DNA of 54,987 nucleotides from Candidatus Magasanikiibacteriota bacterium (GCA_030650025.1 JAUSEN010000016.1:75428-130414); one strand, 5' to 3'. Counted from the stretch's first letter, positions 41,546-50,942 are shown. Numbers and translations are program-made. The notes: generated from the letters alone by a model not told the origin.

Positions 41546-43354
41546 ATGACTCATCGTTTTTTAGTAGCAGTGGTAGCGGGGCTTATTTTGTTACCGAGCG
41601 TAACTTTGGCGGCAGAAGAGGCCTTAGCGCCGATGTTTAACCCGGTGTGCTGGCGGCAAAAAGATTGCGAGGCGCAACGCCAAAAAATGAATCCGGGCAA
41701 CCGCGAGACCAGCGGCGGGTGGGTAACGGACTTCCCCTGCACGGGCGAATGGGGCAAATGCTTGCCGACCGGAATTACTAAAACGCAAATTGCGATTGGC
41801 GGGAGGCGAGAATTTACCAATCTCGGAGACTATTTACAACAAATTTACCGCTATTCAATAATGATGGCCGGAATTCTGGCGGTAGTGGTAATTATGATTT
41901 CGGGCGTTCAGTGGTTAACTTCAGGCGGGAGCAGTGAGAAAATTACCAGCGCGAAAAAACGCTTGGGCGGGGCGATTATGGGGCTGTTTTTGGTTTATAT
42001 GTCATATTCAATTTTAACTTGGATTAATCCAGCTTTGACGACCCTTAGATTACCCCAGGCTTGGATGGTACGGCCCGCTACGCTGATGCCCTCGTTTTGT
42101 TCTGGGCTACCAACCTCGACTACGTATGCCCTGGCTTCGGACAATATTGACGATCAAGTGACTAAATTAGACACCACGCCGGATTTTGCTAATAGTTTAA
42201 CTTACAGTGGCGTACCCAAGACTGATAAGATAAATAAAAATTGGGTAAAAGAAACTTTTTATTGCGGCAAGCGTTTTTTTATGGATGGCGGGGGCAGTGG
42301 CACTTGTTTTGGCGATGTTTGTAAGCAGAGCGGCAGCCAGCCATTTACTTGCTCGGATTTGCCTTATGAAGGCAAAGCGGAAAAAAAGAAGTTTAATTGC
42401 GTACAGGGGCAGTTGATGGGGTCAATTGATGGGACGGTCGGCGGCGCTAGCAATAAAACAGTGGATAATGACATTAAGCTGTTGGCATTTTGCAAAACTG
42501 GCAAAATTGTATCGGTAACCGAGATTGATGCCACGGGCAATAGTAACCCGCAATATTATCGTTTTAATTTGCCCGCGGACGGAATGGCGCGAGTCTGTGG
42601 CGGCGAGAAAAATGTGGGTGGTTATTTTTTGGGCGTGGAAGGCAATGATGAGACCGCGGCGGGTGGGGCACTAGCCGAGGGAGGCGAGGCTAGTACCGGA
42701 GCGGACGATTGGTACGCGGTGGGGCAAACCGCGCCTGGTTCGCGCGATTGCAGTGTTAACCTAGCCAAGGCCGCGATGCGTTATTATCCGCCGGATGATA
42801 GTGGCTATGGTGAGTGCGGGCCAGGCAATATCCAGTGTTCTTGCAGTTATATTGGTTTGGACCACATCGCGAACAATATTAAATTGCATGGTAAAGAATT
42901 TGAAAAATATTTAATTTCGCCAGCGGATTTAAAAAGAGGCTATACTTGCAATATTCATATGGACAGGCGCGATTTTCCGCCTACGGATAATGGAGCCGTG
43001 ATGGTGGATTTAATAAAAGCTAAAGAAATAGGGTGGGCGGTGGGCACTTATGCCGCCCCAGCGGGGGCGATTATCGCTGGAGGTACTTTTATGTTTGTGT
43101 GTGCGACTGTTGATATTACGGCAGCAGCAGTTACTCTCGGTGCCGCTTTGGCGGCCATGCCCGGATGCTTTGCTATGACAGCAGCGATAGCAGGCGCTGG
43201 ATGGGGTGGAGGTGCGGCACTTGGGTTAGTTTCTGGTGGTGTTTGGGTTTTGGGAGATGCTTTGATACATAATTATGATAAAGCACTGGGCGCGGATAAG
43301 TCGGAGTGTATTTTAGATGAGCTTAATTCTCCGAATCTAGATAACATAGATTAA
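41546..43354 (+). CDS. Large secreted Cys-rich protein with an N-terminal VirB2/TrbC-like pilin domain and a Gly/Ala-rich C-terminal membrane region
   Basis: Signal peptide, then a segment typical of CPR T4SS-type pilin domains (YRYSIMMAGILAVVVIMISGVQWLTSGG...AKKRLGGAIMGLFLVYMSY). This is followed by ~350 aa with ~20 Cys and then a glycine-zipper-like hydrophobic tail. Confidence 0.55.
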   Translation: MTHRFLVAVVAGLILLPSVTLAAEEALAPMFNPVCWRQKDCEAQRQKMNPGNRETSGGWVTDFPCTGEWGKCLPTGITKTQIAIGGRREFTNLGDYLQQIYRYSIMMAGILAVVVIMISGVQWLTSGGSSEKITSAKKRLGGAIMGLFLVYMSYSILTWINPALTTLRLPQAWMVRPATLMPSFCSGLPTSTTYALASDNIDDQVTKLDTTPDFANSLTYSGVPKTDKINKNWVKETFYCGKRFFMDGGGSGTCFGDVCKQSGSQPFTCSDLPYEGKAEKKKFNCVQGQLMGSIDGTVGGASNKTVDNDIKLLAFCKTGKIVSVTEIDATGNSNPQYYRFNLPADGMARVCGGEKNVGGYFLGVEGNDETAAGGALAEGGEASTGADDWYAVGQTAPGSRDCSVNLAKAAMRYYPPDDSGYGECGPGNIQCSCSYIGLDHIANNIKLHGKEFEKYLISPADLKRGYTCNIHMDRRDFPPTDNGAVMVDLIKAKEIGWAVGTYAAPAGAIIAGGTFMFVCATVDITAAAVTLGAALAAMPGCFAMTAAIAGAGWGGGAALGLVSGGVWVLGDALIHNYDKALGADKSECILDELNSPNLDNID

Positions 43355-43400
43355 AAAATTTATTCAATTTTTTTAAATATTTTTTGTTAGGTAAAAATTT

Positions 43401-46211
43401 ATGGCGGATTTTTTGAAGATTCGGGGGGCGAGGGTGCACAACTTAAAAAATATCACGGTATCTATCCCCAAGAATAAATTGGTGGTTTTGACGGGGTTAT
43501 CGGGGTCGGGGAAGTCCAGCCTGGCTTTTGATACTATTTACGCGGAAGGGCAAAGGCGCTATGCCGAGTCGCTCTCTTCTTACGCGCGGCAGTTTATGGG
43601 AGTACAGGATAAGCCAGACATTGATGGTATCGAAGGGTTGTCCCCCACGATCGCGATTGACCAGAGAGCCTCGGTGCAGAACCCGCGCTCGACGGTCGGC
43701 ACGGTAACAGAAATTTACGATTATTTACGGTTGCTTTTTGCCCGGGCGGGCACGCCCTACTGCCCGGATTGCCGCGTAGCCGTGACCGCTCAAACTTCGG
43801 GGGCGATTGTGGAGGCAGTGCGCAAATTAGCGCGCGATAAAAAGGATTTGGGAATATACTCGCCGCTCGTGCGTAGCGCGATAGTGGACTCTAAGATATT
43901 ACTTGAGAAAATAGAAAAATCTGGTTTTGAGTGGGTCAGGATTGATGGCGAAAAATATAAAATTAATGATTTAATTGGGTTTCGGTTTGAGCCGAGCACT
44001 GCCTACACTGTGGAGATACTGGTGGGTACGATTAGAGATATTAAAAAAGACGACCCGGTAAAATTAGTAGAGGTGGCGCTGGATTTATCGAATGGTTTTG
44101 TAACGGTCGGGAATGGGAATGGCGATAAGAGTCAGCTTTTCGCGACGGTTGGCCTGTGCCCCAAATGCGGCAGAATTTTAGCGCCGCTCGATATTAGGAG
44201 CTTTAGCTTTAATAGTCCGTACGGCGCTTGCCAGCGGTGCACGGGCCTTGGAGTGACGATGGAAGTGGATCCTAATTTGGTAGTGCCTAATAATCGTTTG
44301 ACTCTGGCGGAAGGCGCTATCCAGCCCTGGACGCGCATTACCGGCAACCAAAGTTGGTATCAAAAATTACTCGCGGCGGTGGCTGAAATACAGGGTTTTT
44401 CGGTGCATACGCCGCTTGCCGAGCTCCCGGCGAAGACGTTGGATTTAATTTTGTATGGCACGGGCGAGACTGTTTATAATGTTGAAAATAAAAAAACCAC
44501 ATTCCCCGGCGTGATTCCGGATTTGATGCAAAAGCACCTTGATACCAGCTCGGATTATGTGCGTAAAGAAATCGAACAATACATGCGGGAAAAAATTTGT
44601 TCCATTTGCCAGGGCAAGCGCCTTCGGGTCGAGTCGCTCTTTGTGCGCTTTGGCGATTACACCATCGCCGACTTCTCTGGCATGAGTATTGAAGAAGCCA
44701 GCCAAGCGGTTGTTAAGATTAAATCTAAAACCGGTCAAGAAAAAATAGTAGAGCCCATTTTTAGAGAAATTGTTCCGCGCTTGAGCAATCTAATCCGGGT
44801 GGGCCTTGGATATTTGAGCATGTCGCGCGCCATGAATACGCTCTCGGGCGGCGAAGTCACCCGGGTGCGCCTCGCTACCCAGCTCTCGGCGGGGTTAACC
44901 GGCGTCATTTATATTCTGGACGAGCCGTCGGTTGGCCTCCACCCCAGGGATAATAAACAGCTCATTGACACCCTTAAATATTTGCGCGATTTAGGGAATA
45001 GCGTCATCGTGGTGGAGCACGACCCGGCCATGATGCGCTCGGCTGACTATATTATTGACGTGGGCCCGGGAGCGGGTGTTTATGGCGGCCAAATTCAGGC
45101 CGCCGGGACACTCCTCGAACTTAAAAAGGCGAAAAATTCTTTGACCGCGGATTATTTATTTGGCCGTTTGCAGGTGGCGGTAGAACGTGAGAATAGAAAA
45201 ATAAAAAAAGACAGAGAGACAAATAAGCGCAACGCGGAGCTAACCATTGTGGGAGCGAGCGCGTTTAATTTAAAAAATATTGATGTTACCATTCCCCTTG
45301 GTAAGCTCGTTTGCGTCACGGGCGTGTCGGGTTCGGGGAAATCTTCTTTGATTATTGATATTTTAGGCAAAGCGCTGTCCAAATATTTTTTTCGCGCCAA
45401 AGACGAGCCGGGCGCGCATAAAACTATTAAGGGCTTAAATAATATTGATAAAGTGATCGCGATTGATCAGAGCCCCATTGGCCGAACGCCGCGTTCTAAC
45501 CCGGCGACTTATACCGGTGTTTTCACGCTGATTCGAGATTTGTTTGCCAGTTTGCCGGAGGCCAGAATGCGCAGTTATGACGCGGGCAAGTTCAGTTTTA
45601 ATGTTAAGGGCGGGCGGTGCGAAGCGTGCGCCGGGGACGGTTATGTGCGCATACCAATGCAATTTTTGGCAGACGTGTTTGTGGAGTGCGGCGAGTGCGG
45701 CGGCCTGCGCTATAATGCCGAGGCTTTAGAAATTCATTACCATAACAAGCATATCGCCGATGTTTTAAAGATGACCGTGGAAGAAGCCCACGCGTTTTTT
45801 CATTCCTGGCCGGCGATTTCCGAAAAATTAAATGTCCTGCGCGAAGTGGGTCTTGGCTATATGGAGCTTGGCCAACCGGCCACTACTATCTCGGGCGGCG
45901 AAGCCCAGCGCATCAAATTGGCGCAAGAATTATCGCGCGCCTCGACTGGCAAAACGCTTTATATTCTGGACGAGCCGACCACGGGTTTGCATTTTGAAGA
46001 TACCAAGCGCTTGCTCCAGGTTTTAACGAGGCTAGTCGCGAAAGGCAATTCCGTGGTTATTATTGAACACAATATTGATGTGATTAATAACGCCGATTGG
46101 GTGATTGATCTCGGGCCTGAAGGCGGCTCGAAAGGCGGAGAAATTGTGGCCGCCGGCACGCCCGCTGATATCAAGAAAAATAAATATAGCTGGACGGGGC
46201 GATTTTTGTAG
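43401..46211 (+). CDS. uvrA: Excinuclease ABC subunit A
   Basis: 936 aa. Has two ABC ATPase modules (GLSGSGKSS, GVSGSGKSS, LSGGE signatures) and zinc-finger Cys clusters. Confidence 0.97.
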   Translation: MADFLKIRGARVHNLKNITVSIPKNKLVVLTGLSGSGKSSLAFDTIYAEGQRRYAESLSSYARQFMGVQDKPDIDGIEGLSPTIAIDQRASVQNPRSTVGTVTEIYDYLRLLFARAGTPYCPDCRVAVTAQTSGAIVEAVRKLARDKKDLGIYSPLVRSAIVDSKILLEKIEKSGFEWVRIDGEKYKINDLIGFRFEPSTAYTVEILVGTIRDIKKDDPVKLVEVALDLSNGFVTVGNGNGDKSQLFATVGLCPKCGRILAPLDIRSFSFNSPYGACQRCTGLGVTMEVDPNLVVPNNRLTLAEGAIQPWTRITGNQSWYQKLLAAVAEIQGFSVHTPLAELPAKTLDLILYGTGETVYNVENKKTTFPGVIPDLMQKHLDTSSDYVRKEIEQYMREKICSICQGKRLRVESLFVRFGDYTIADFSGMSIEEASQAVVKIKSKTGQEKIVEPIFREIVPRLSNLIRVGLGYLSMSRAMNTLSGGEVTRVRLATQLSAGLTGVIYILDEPSVGLHPRDNKQLIDTLKYLRDLGNSVIVVEHDPAMMRSADYIIDVGPGAGVYGGQIQAAGTLLELKKAKNSLTADYLFGRLQVAVERENRKIKKDRETNKRNAELTIVGASAFNLKNIDVTIPLGKLVCVTGVSGSGKSSLIIDILGKALSKYFFRAKDEPGAHKTIKGLNNIDKVIAIDQSPIGRTPRSNPATYTGVFTLIRDLFASLPEARMRSYDAGKFSFNVKGGRCEACAGDGYVRIPMQFLADVFVECGECGGLRYNAEALEIHYHNKHIADVLKMTVEEAHAFFHSWPAISEKLNVLREVGLGYMELGQPATTISGGEAQRIKLAQELSRASTGKTLYILDEPTTGLHFEDTKRLLQVLTRLVAKGNSVVIIEHNIDVINNADWVIDLGPEGGSKGGEIVAAGTPADIKKNKYSWTGRFL

Positions 46212-46253
46212 GGTATGCTATATTTAGCTGTAATTTATTAACATAAATAGTAT

Positions 46254-46457
46254 ATGGCAAATCCAAATATCTTAAGTCCAGAAGACAGATTGACGCCTGA
46301 AGATCTAACTGAATTAAACACAGAAGAAGATGCGCTTAGAATGTTGGCCATCGAAAATCAAGAATTAGAAGCGGATGGTAAACCAGATGCCCACAGCGAG
46401 GCTATTGCCGCGCTCGAAGGTCGTTTAGAAACTATCAGAAAGTCTCGCGTTAACTAA
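46254..46457 (+). CDS. Hypothetical small acidic protein (67 aa)
   Basis: An ORF followed by a strong terminator. No family was recognised. Confidence 0.4.
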   Translation: MANPNILSPEDRLTPEDLTELNTEEDALRMLAIENQELEADGKPDAHSEAIAALEGRLETIRKSRVN

Positions 46458-46471
46458 GAATTTTAAAAAAA

Positions 46472-46500
46472 CCCCTGCACCAGAACGGTGCAGGGTTTTT
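46472..46500. terminator. Palindrome family B copy with U-tract (terminator for the + small ORF and the - rplS)
   Basis: AAAAAAACCCCTGCACC-agaac-GGTGCAGGGTTTTTT. Confidence 0.78.
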
Positions 46501-46524
46501 TGTTGATGATAGATTATGAAGCTG

Positions 46525-46860
46525 TTAGGCCGCGGCTTTTTCTTTAATTTTGCGTTTAAAGTCATCGCTCCTTATGTACTCTAGCTTAGCGCGGCGCGTA
46601 TCGAGGGTTTTAACAAGCTCAACATGGTCGATTACCGGTGAGTATACTGGAAAGATCTTTTCTACGCCAACACCTTCAGATTTTTTGTATACAGTAATAG
46701 TACTCGTAGCTTCGTTGCCATGGCGGCGAGCGATAATAGTTCCTTCAAAAATTTGGATACGTTCTTTTTCTTCGCCTTTGGTGTTGGTTTCTTTAATTTT
46801 TTGGTGGATTTTGACGACCATGCCGGGCACAAGAGTTTTGAGGTCAGCAACTTGGGACAT
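46525..46860 (-). CDS. rplS: 50S ribosomal protein L19
   Basis: GMVVKIHQKIKE...ERIQIFEGTIIARR...RRAKLEYIR. The ATG at 46860 is preferred; the track start at 46875 is TTG. The minus-strand promoter TTGACA-17-TATACT lies at 46925-46897. Confidence 0.9.
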   Translation of the reverse strand: MSQVADLKTLVPGMVVKIHQKIKETNTKGEEKERIQIFEGTIIARRHGNEATSTITVYKKSEGVGVEKIFPVYSPVIDHVELVKTLDTRRAKLEYIRSDDFKRKIKEKAAA

Positions 46861-46933
46861 ATAAACAAATAACAATTAACAAATTATAGTGGGCTTAGTA
46901 TAGCGAAAGCGCTTATTCTTGTCAACACCTCAT

Positions 46934-46970
46934 TGTCATTTCGGTCGCCTTAGGCGACCTCGGAATGACA
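46934..46970. repeat. Hairpin with TGTCATT termini (family F), located just after the gmk stop
   Basis: TGTCATTTCGGTCGCC-tta-GGCGACCTCGGAATGACA. An imperfect long stem. Confidence 0.6.
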
Positions 46971-46971
46971 A

Positions 46972-47541
46972 CTAAACGTTAGTTTTTAAGTGGTTTTTAA
47001 TAATAGCTTCGATTTTATTGATAGTGGCCGCGAGTTTGCCTTCGGCATTAACAACTTTAAAATCATAATCTTGAGAGGCTTGAATTTCGGATTTAGCGAT
47101 GGCGAGGCGTTCTTTGAGCTCTGCTTCGGAGACCCCGCCCCGGCGGCGGATGCGTTCGGCCAGCTTAGCAAGATCTTCTGGTATGAGGAAGATGGCGACA
47201 TGAGGTATTTTGGCTTTGTCCAAATTATGTTTGCCGTTGACTTCAATTTGGGTTAAGACTAGCGCGTGTTTATTTAAGGATTCGGTGAGGCGGGATTTTT
47301 CGGTGCCGTAGTAGTTATCGGCGTAAAAATTGTATTCGATAAATTTGCCCTGCTCTATTTTATTTCTAAATTCTTCGGGAGAAATAAAATGGTAATCCAC
47401 GCCTTCGCGGTTACCCGGGCGCGGCGGGCGGCTGGTGGTCGTCACAAAACGCGCGGAATTGGGGAAACGCTTGAGGAGAGCGTTTATAACACTGTCTTTG
47501 CCCCCGCCTGAGGGGCTGGAGATTACAATGAGTAGGCCCAT
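46972..47541 (-). CDS. gmk: Guanylate kinase
   Basis: P-loop SSPSGGGKDS, then TTSRPPRPGNREGVDYHF. The ATG at 47541 is preferred; the track TTG at 47562 overlaps the upstream gene. Confidence 0.9.
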   Translation of the reverse strand: MGLLIVISSPSGGGKDSVINALLKRFPNSARFVTTTSRPPRPGNREGVDYHFISPEEFRNKIEQGKFIEYNFYADNYYGTEKSRLTESLNKHALVLTQIEVNGKHNLDKAKIPHVAIFLIPEDLAKLAERIRRRGGVSEAELKERLAIAKSEIQASQDYDFKVVNAEGKLAATINKIEAIIKNHLKTNV

Positions 47542-47551
47542 AAATAAGTGG

Positions 47552-47926
47552 TTAAACAGCAAATTCTTCGTATTTTTTATTGGTAATATCAGATAGTACA
47601 GCGTCTAAATTTTTATTCAGCTCCTTAACCACCAGCGGATTGTTCAGAGCCATATTATTGCCAAATATCTTATCTTTTTTAAGCCTAATCAGCAAGGGAA
47701 CAATTTTTTTGTTATTTAATAAGACAAAAACAATCATGCGAGCGCTTTGCATTTTGCCTATCCTAACTTTATAAAATTGTAAACCGGGAATTGCGCTCGG
47801 AGGTTTGGTTGGTATTCCTAAACCCTTAAGAACTTTGGCGGAACCTTTAAGGATATCTTCCAGGGTCAAGTAGCGAGCCAATGGCGCCAATTCGTGTTTG
47901 GTTACGAAGTGAGTTAATATCACCAT
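47552..47926 (-). CDS. Candidate toxin (RelE/ParE-fold-like) of a second type II TA pair
   Basis: 124 aa, 6 nt downstream of a DinJ-like antitoxin gene. The core FYKVRIGKMQSARMIVFVLLNNKKIVPLLIRLKKD resembles RelE/HigB-type beta-sheet cores. The assignment is weak. Confidence 0.4.
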   Translation of the reverse strand: MVILTHFVTKHELAPLARYLTLEDILKGSAKVLKGLGIPTKPPSAIPGLQFYKVRIGKMQSARMIVFVLLNNKKIVPLLIRLKKDKIFGNNMALNNPLVVKELNKNLDAVLSDITNKKYEEFAV

Positions 47927-47932
47927 AAAAAC

Positions 47933-48172
47933 CTACGCCAGAAGGCGCGCGAGTTTGGCAGCTTTAGATTTTAATTTTTTGTCGGTAAATTTAATTAATT
48001 CAACTTCTGGTTCAGTGTCGCGTTCGGTTAACCCAAAAGTGATTTGATTGTTAACAAAACCTTTCAGAGCATAAACGAGCACTGTTTTTAGAGGGTAACC
48101 TTCGTTTTTAGCTTTGCGTAGCGCCTGGTTTTTAAGGTTTTTTTCGGCGGTAAAGGTTACTTGAGTATACAT
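47933..48172 (-). CDS. Candidate antitoxin, RelB/DinJ-like RHH
   Basis: VTFTAEKNLKNQALRKAKNEGYPLKTVLVYALKGFV parallels the N-terminus of the 8126..8467 antitoxin. Confidence 0.5.
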   Translation of the reverse strand: MYTQVTFTAEKNLKNQALRKAKNEGYPLKTVLVYALKGFVNNQITFGLTERDTEPEVELIKFTDKKLKSKAAKLARLLA

Positions 48173-48232
48173 AAAATAAAGCTATATATTAACTATATGT
48201 AGTATATATTTGATTTGAAATTATGTCAACGG

Positions 48233-48976
48233 CTACACCAGGCGCTCCCAGAGGGCTTCGAACCAGGCGCGTTGCATGTTTGCCACCTCGGCGCTTTCAG
48301 TGACCGAGGCTACAAAATCGCCAGCTATAGAAAATTGGGCGATTTTGTTTTTCCAGATATAGATTAAGCCATGAAATTCTGAGGTGTTGGGTAATAGCTT
48401 TACTTCACGCAATTCATTTTTACCAGCCGCTTGGCGGGCGCGCGCATGGGGAGTATCTCGGAGGATAACGCGCAAAGGAATTTTTTTAGAAATACGGCGT
48501 TCTAAAAATTGTTTGTGAACCGAAGATAGCTCTCGGAATAGGTCGTCGCTAGAACTAAGGCCGAGTAGAGTATCGGCTTCGTTCAAGATTTCATCAAAAA
48601 TAATTTCAATTTCGTTTTTGCCTTCATAAAAACGGATACTGGGACGGCGTCTGGTTTTGCCGGCTAAGGCGTTAAGTTCAGGTAAGGCGCTTTTTAACAC
48701 ATTTACTCTACTTTCGGCGAATCCGACAATTTGATTAGGGTCTTCGGCGCTATACCAACGAATTTTTTTCTTAAGGTAGGTCGTTACTAAGTTTTTTTCG
48801 CGGAGTCGCTCTAGGACTTCGTAGGCGGTAGAGCGCACCAGGCCGGATTTAACAGCAATTTTTTGGACAGACGCGGAACCAAGCTCGAGGGTAGCGAGGT
48901 AAAGAAGCGCTTCACGGCGGGTGAGACCAAACTTCTGAAGCGTATTTTCTAATTTCATATGATTCGACAGAATCAC
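48233..48976 (-). CDS. TrmB-family winged-helix transcriptional regulator
   Basis: N-terminus LQKFGLTRREALLYLATLELGSASVQKIAVKSGLVRSTAYEVLERLREKNLV. Divergent from the ABC transporter operon. Confidence 0.8.
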   Translation of the reverse strand: MILSNHMKLENTLQKFGLTRREALLYLATLELGSASVQKIAVKSGLVRSTAYEVLERLREKNLVTTYLKKKIRWYSAEDPNQIVGFAESRVNVLKSALPELNALAGKTRRRPSIRFYEGKNEIEIIFDEILNEADTLLGLSSSDDLFRELSSVHKQFLERRISKKIPLRVILRDTPHARARQAAGKNELREVKLLPNTSEFHGLIYIWKNKIAQFSIAGDFVASVTESAEVANMQRAWFEALWERLV

Positions 48977-49019
48977 GTCACGCAGTGACCTTTGAAGCGC
49001 GACGCAATTATTGTTAAAT

Positions 49020-49104
49020 TTGTCGGGAAAATTGACAACATTTTGTCAGTAACATTATATCATATATTAGCCAAATTGTCAATAATAGTAAATATTTTTG
49101 TCAG
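49020..49104. promoter_or_regulatory. Candidate operator region with repeated TTGTCA/TGACAA half-sites
   Basis: TGACAA-CATT-TTGTCA inverted repeat at 49033-49048. Additional TTGTC(A/G) half-sites lie at 49020, 49076 and 49098, in the divergent regulator/transporter intergenic region. Confidence 0.4.
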
Positions 49105-49182
49105 AAGTATTGGCGTTTGTTTGTAGGTGCGGTATAGTTCATCGTTTCCCGGATTTTTCTGGGGTAATTAAATTTAAACAGT

Positions 49183-50169
49183 ATGAGTATAAAAAATAAA
49201 TTTATAATCGGCGTAGCGGCATTGCTTGTAGTAATAGGGAGTTTGTTTGCAGTGGGGCGTATTGGGCAAAATGGTAAAATTAAGGCTCCAGTTGTTTTGC
49301 AATCAGTAACTTTGGGATACCGTACGCACGATTTGTATGCACCAGTTTTTGTGGGGATAGAGACTAAAATTTTTGAACAGCATGGACTCGCGGTTAAGAC
49401 CGAAGAATTTGCTTCTACGAATCAGTTAACGGATGCGCTTCTCGGCGGCAAGATTGATGCGGCTCTTGGCGGTGTTAACGTGCCTCTCATTTTGACAATC
49501 GCCGACAAATCGCCAGGCGAACTGCAAGCTTTTGGAATTGTTAATGAGACGGCCGCTACTCCGTTGACGTATTTGTTGGTTAGAAAAGAGTCGAGTATTA
49601 AAAGCGTGACAGATTTGAAAAATAAAAAAATAGCGGCGTTTCCTGGTTCGACGGCGCAATATTTATACAAGAAGACAGTTCAGAATTATTTTGACCCAGC
49701 AAACGCAGAGCTGGTGCAAATGAATCCGGAACTTGAGTTGCCGGCGTTAGCAGCTGGCCAGGTTGACGCGGCCATAGTACTTGAGCCGCTAGCTTCGATT
49801 GCTGTAACAAAAGGTGAGGCAGAAGTTTTAGCGTCAGCATTATTTCATAATTACGTAATGAACGATTTTCCTAATGCGGCCAGTGTTATGAGTAGGAGAT
49901 TCGCACGCGAGCACACCCAAGCAGCCATTGCCCTGCGAGAGGCGACCAGAGAAGTTGTTACTTATATAAATTCGCACCCGAATGAGGTTAAAGATATTCT
50001 TGCAAAGTATTTACCATTTGAAAGGGATTTTTTGGAAGTGATTAATTTGCCGTATTTTGTGCCCGAATCAAATATAGATTTAGCCGCAGTACAAAAAGAA
50101 GCGAATTTATTATATGCTGATAAGCAATTAAAAAATTTGGTTGATGTCAAGAGTATTTTTGTCAGATAA
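49183..50169 (+). CDS. ABC transporter substrate-binding protein, NMT1/THI5-like (SsuA/TauA/ThiY type)
   Basis: 328 aa with an N-terminal anchor. Has LGYRTHDLYAPVFVG and AAFPGSTAQYL patterns typical of the nitrate/sulfonate/bicarbonate-type SBP family. Confidence 0.78.
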   Translation: MSIKNKFIIGVAALLVVIGSLFAVGRIGQNGKIKAPVVLQSVTLGYRTHDLYAPVFVGIETKIFEQHGLAVKTEEFASTNQLTDALLGGKIDAALGGVNVPLILTIADKSPGELQAFGIVNETAATPLTYLLVRKESSIKSVTDLKNKKIAAFPGSTAQYLYKKTVQNYFDPANAELVQMNPELELPALAAGQVDAAIVLEPLASIAVTKGEAEVLASALFHNYVMNDFPNAASVMSRRFAREHTQAAIALREATREVVTYINSHPNEVKDILAKYLPFERDFLEVINLPYFVPESNIDLAAVQKEANLLYADKQLKNLVDVKSIFVR

Positions 50170-50201
50170 AGAAAAGCAACGCGCGATCATTTTTGTTTGA
50201 T

Positions 50202-50942
50202 ATGATTTCTGTTTGTAATTTATCGATTGCTAAACCAAACAAACAAGGAAGTCATCAAATTATTGAGCGTGTTGATTTTGATGTGATGAAAGGTGAGATT
50301 GTGGCTATCTTGGGGCCGAATGGTTCTGGGAAAAGTACCTTACTCAAGGCTTTGGCTGGTCTTCAAACGGTTACTAGTGGTCAAATAATTTTGCTTTCTA
50401 AAGATTTAAAAATAGGCATGGTTTTTCAGAATGCCTCACAATCATTATACCCTTGGTATTCGATAAAGAAACAGATTTGTATGTTCGCTAAGATATCGGG
50501 TTGTAAAAGTCCAGAACTGTCTGCAAAAAAAATGGTTGACTTATTTGGTCTTGGAAGTATGGATCATCTATTCCCGTATCAATTATCAGGAGGACTCATG
50601 CAGCTCGTGGCTATGGCGCGCACAATGGTGACTAAACCGGACCTGCTCTTACTTGATGAGCCCTTCTCTTCGCTCGATTATTTTACAACGATGCGCTTAC
50701 TGTTTAAGGTTAGAAATATAATTAAACAAGAAAAATCAGCGACAATTTTTGTTACTCATTCTCCCGAAGAGGCATTATTGTTTGCCGATAGAATTTTACT
50801 CTTATCTAAGTCTCCAGGAAAGATTGTGGGTGAGGTAGATGTTAAACTTAAAAGTGAGCGTAGCCAAGAGTGTGTGCTTGATGGCTACTTTGTTGAGCAA
50901 AAACAAAAATTATTGTCTCAGCTAGTTGGATTTATAGCATGA
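50202..50942 (+). CDS. ABC transporter ATP-binding protein (SsuB/TauB-like)
   Basis: Walker A GPNGSGKST, signature LSGGLMQ and Walker B LLLLDEPFS. The ATG at 50202 is preferred over the track TTG at 50193. Confidence 0.9.
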   Translation: MISVCNLSIAKPNKQGSHQIIERVDFDVMKGEIVAILGPNGSGKSTLLKALAGLQTVTSGQIILLSKDLKIGMVFQNASQSLYPWYSIKKQICMFAKISGCKSPELSAKKMVDLFGLGSMDHLFPYQLSGGLMQLVAMARTMVTKPDLLLLDEPFSSLDYFTTMRLLFKVRNIIKQEKSATIFVTHSPEEALLFADRILLLSKSPGKIVGEVDVKLKSERSQECVLDGYFVEQKQKLLSQLVGFIA

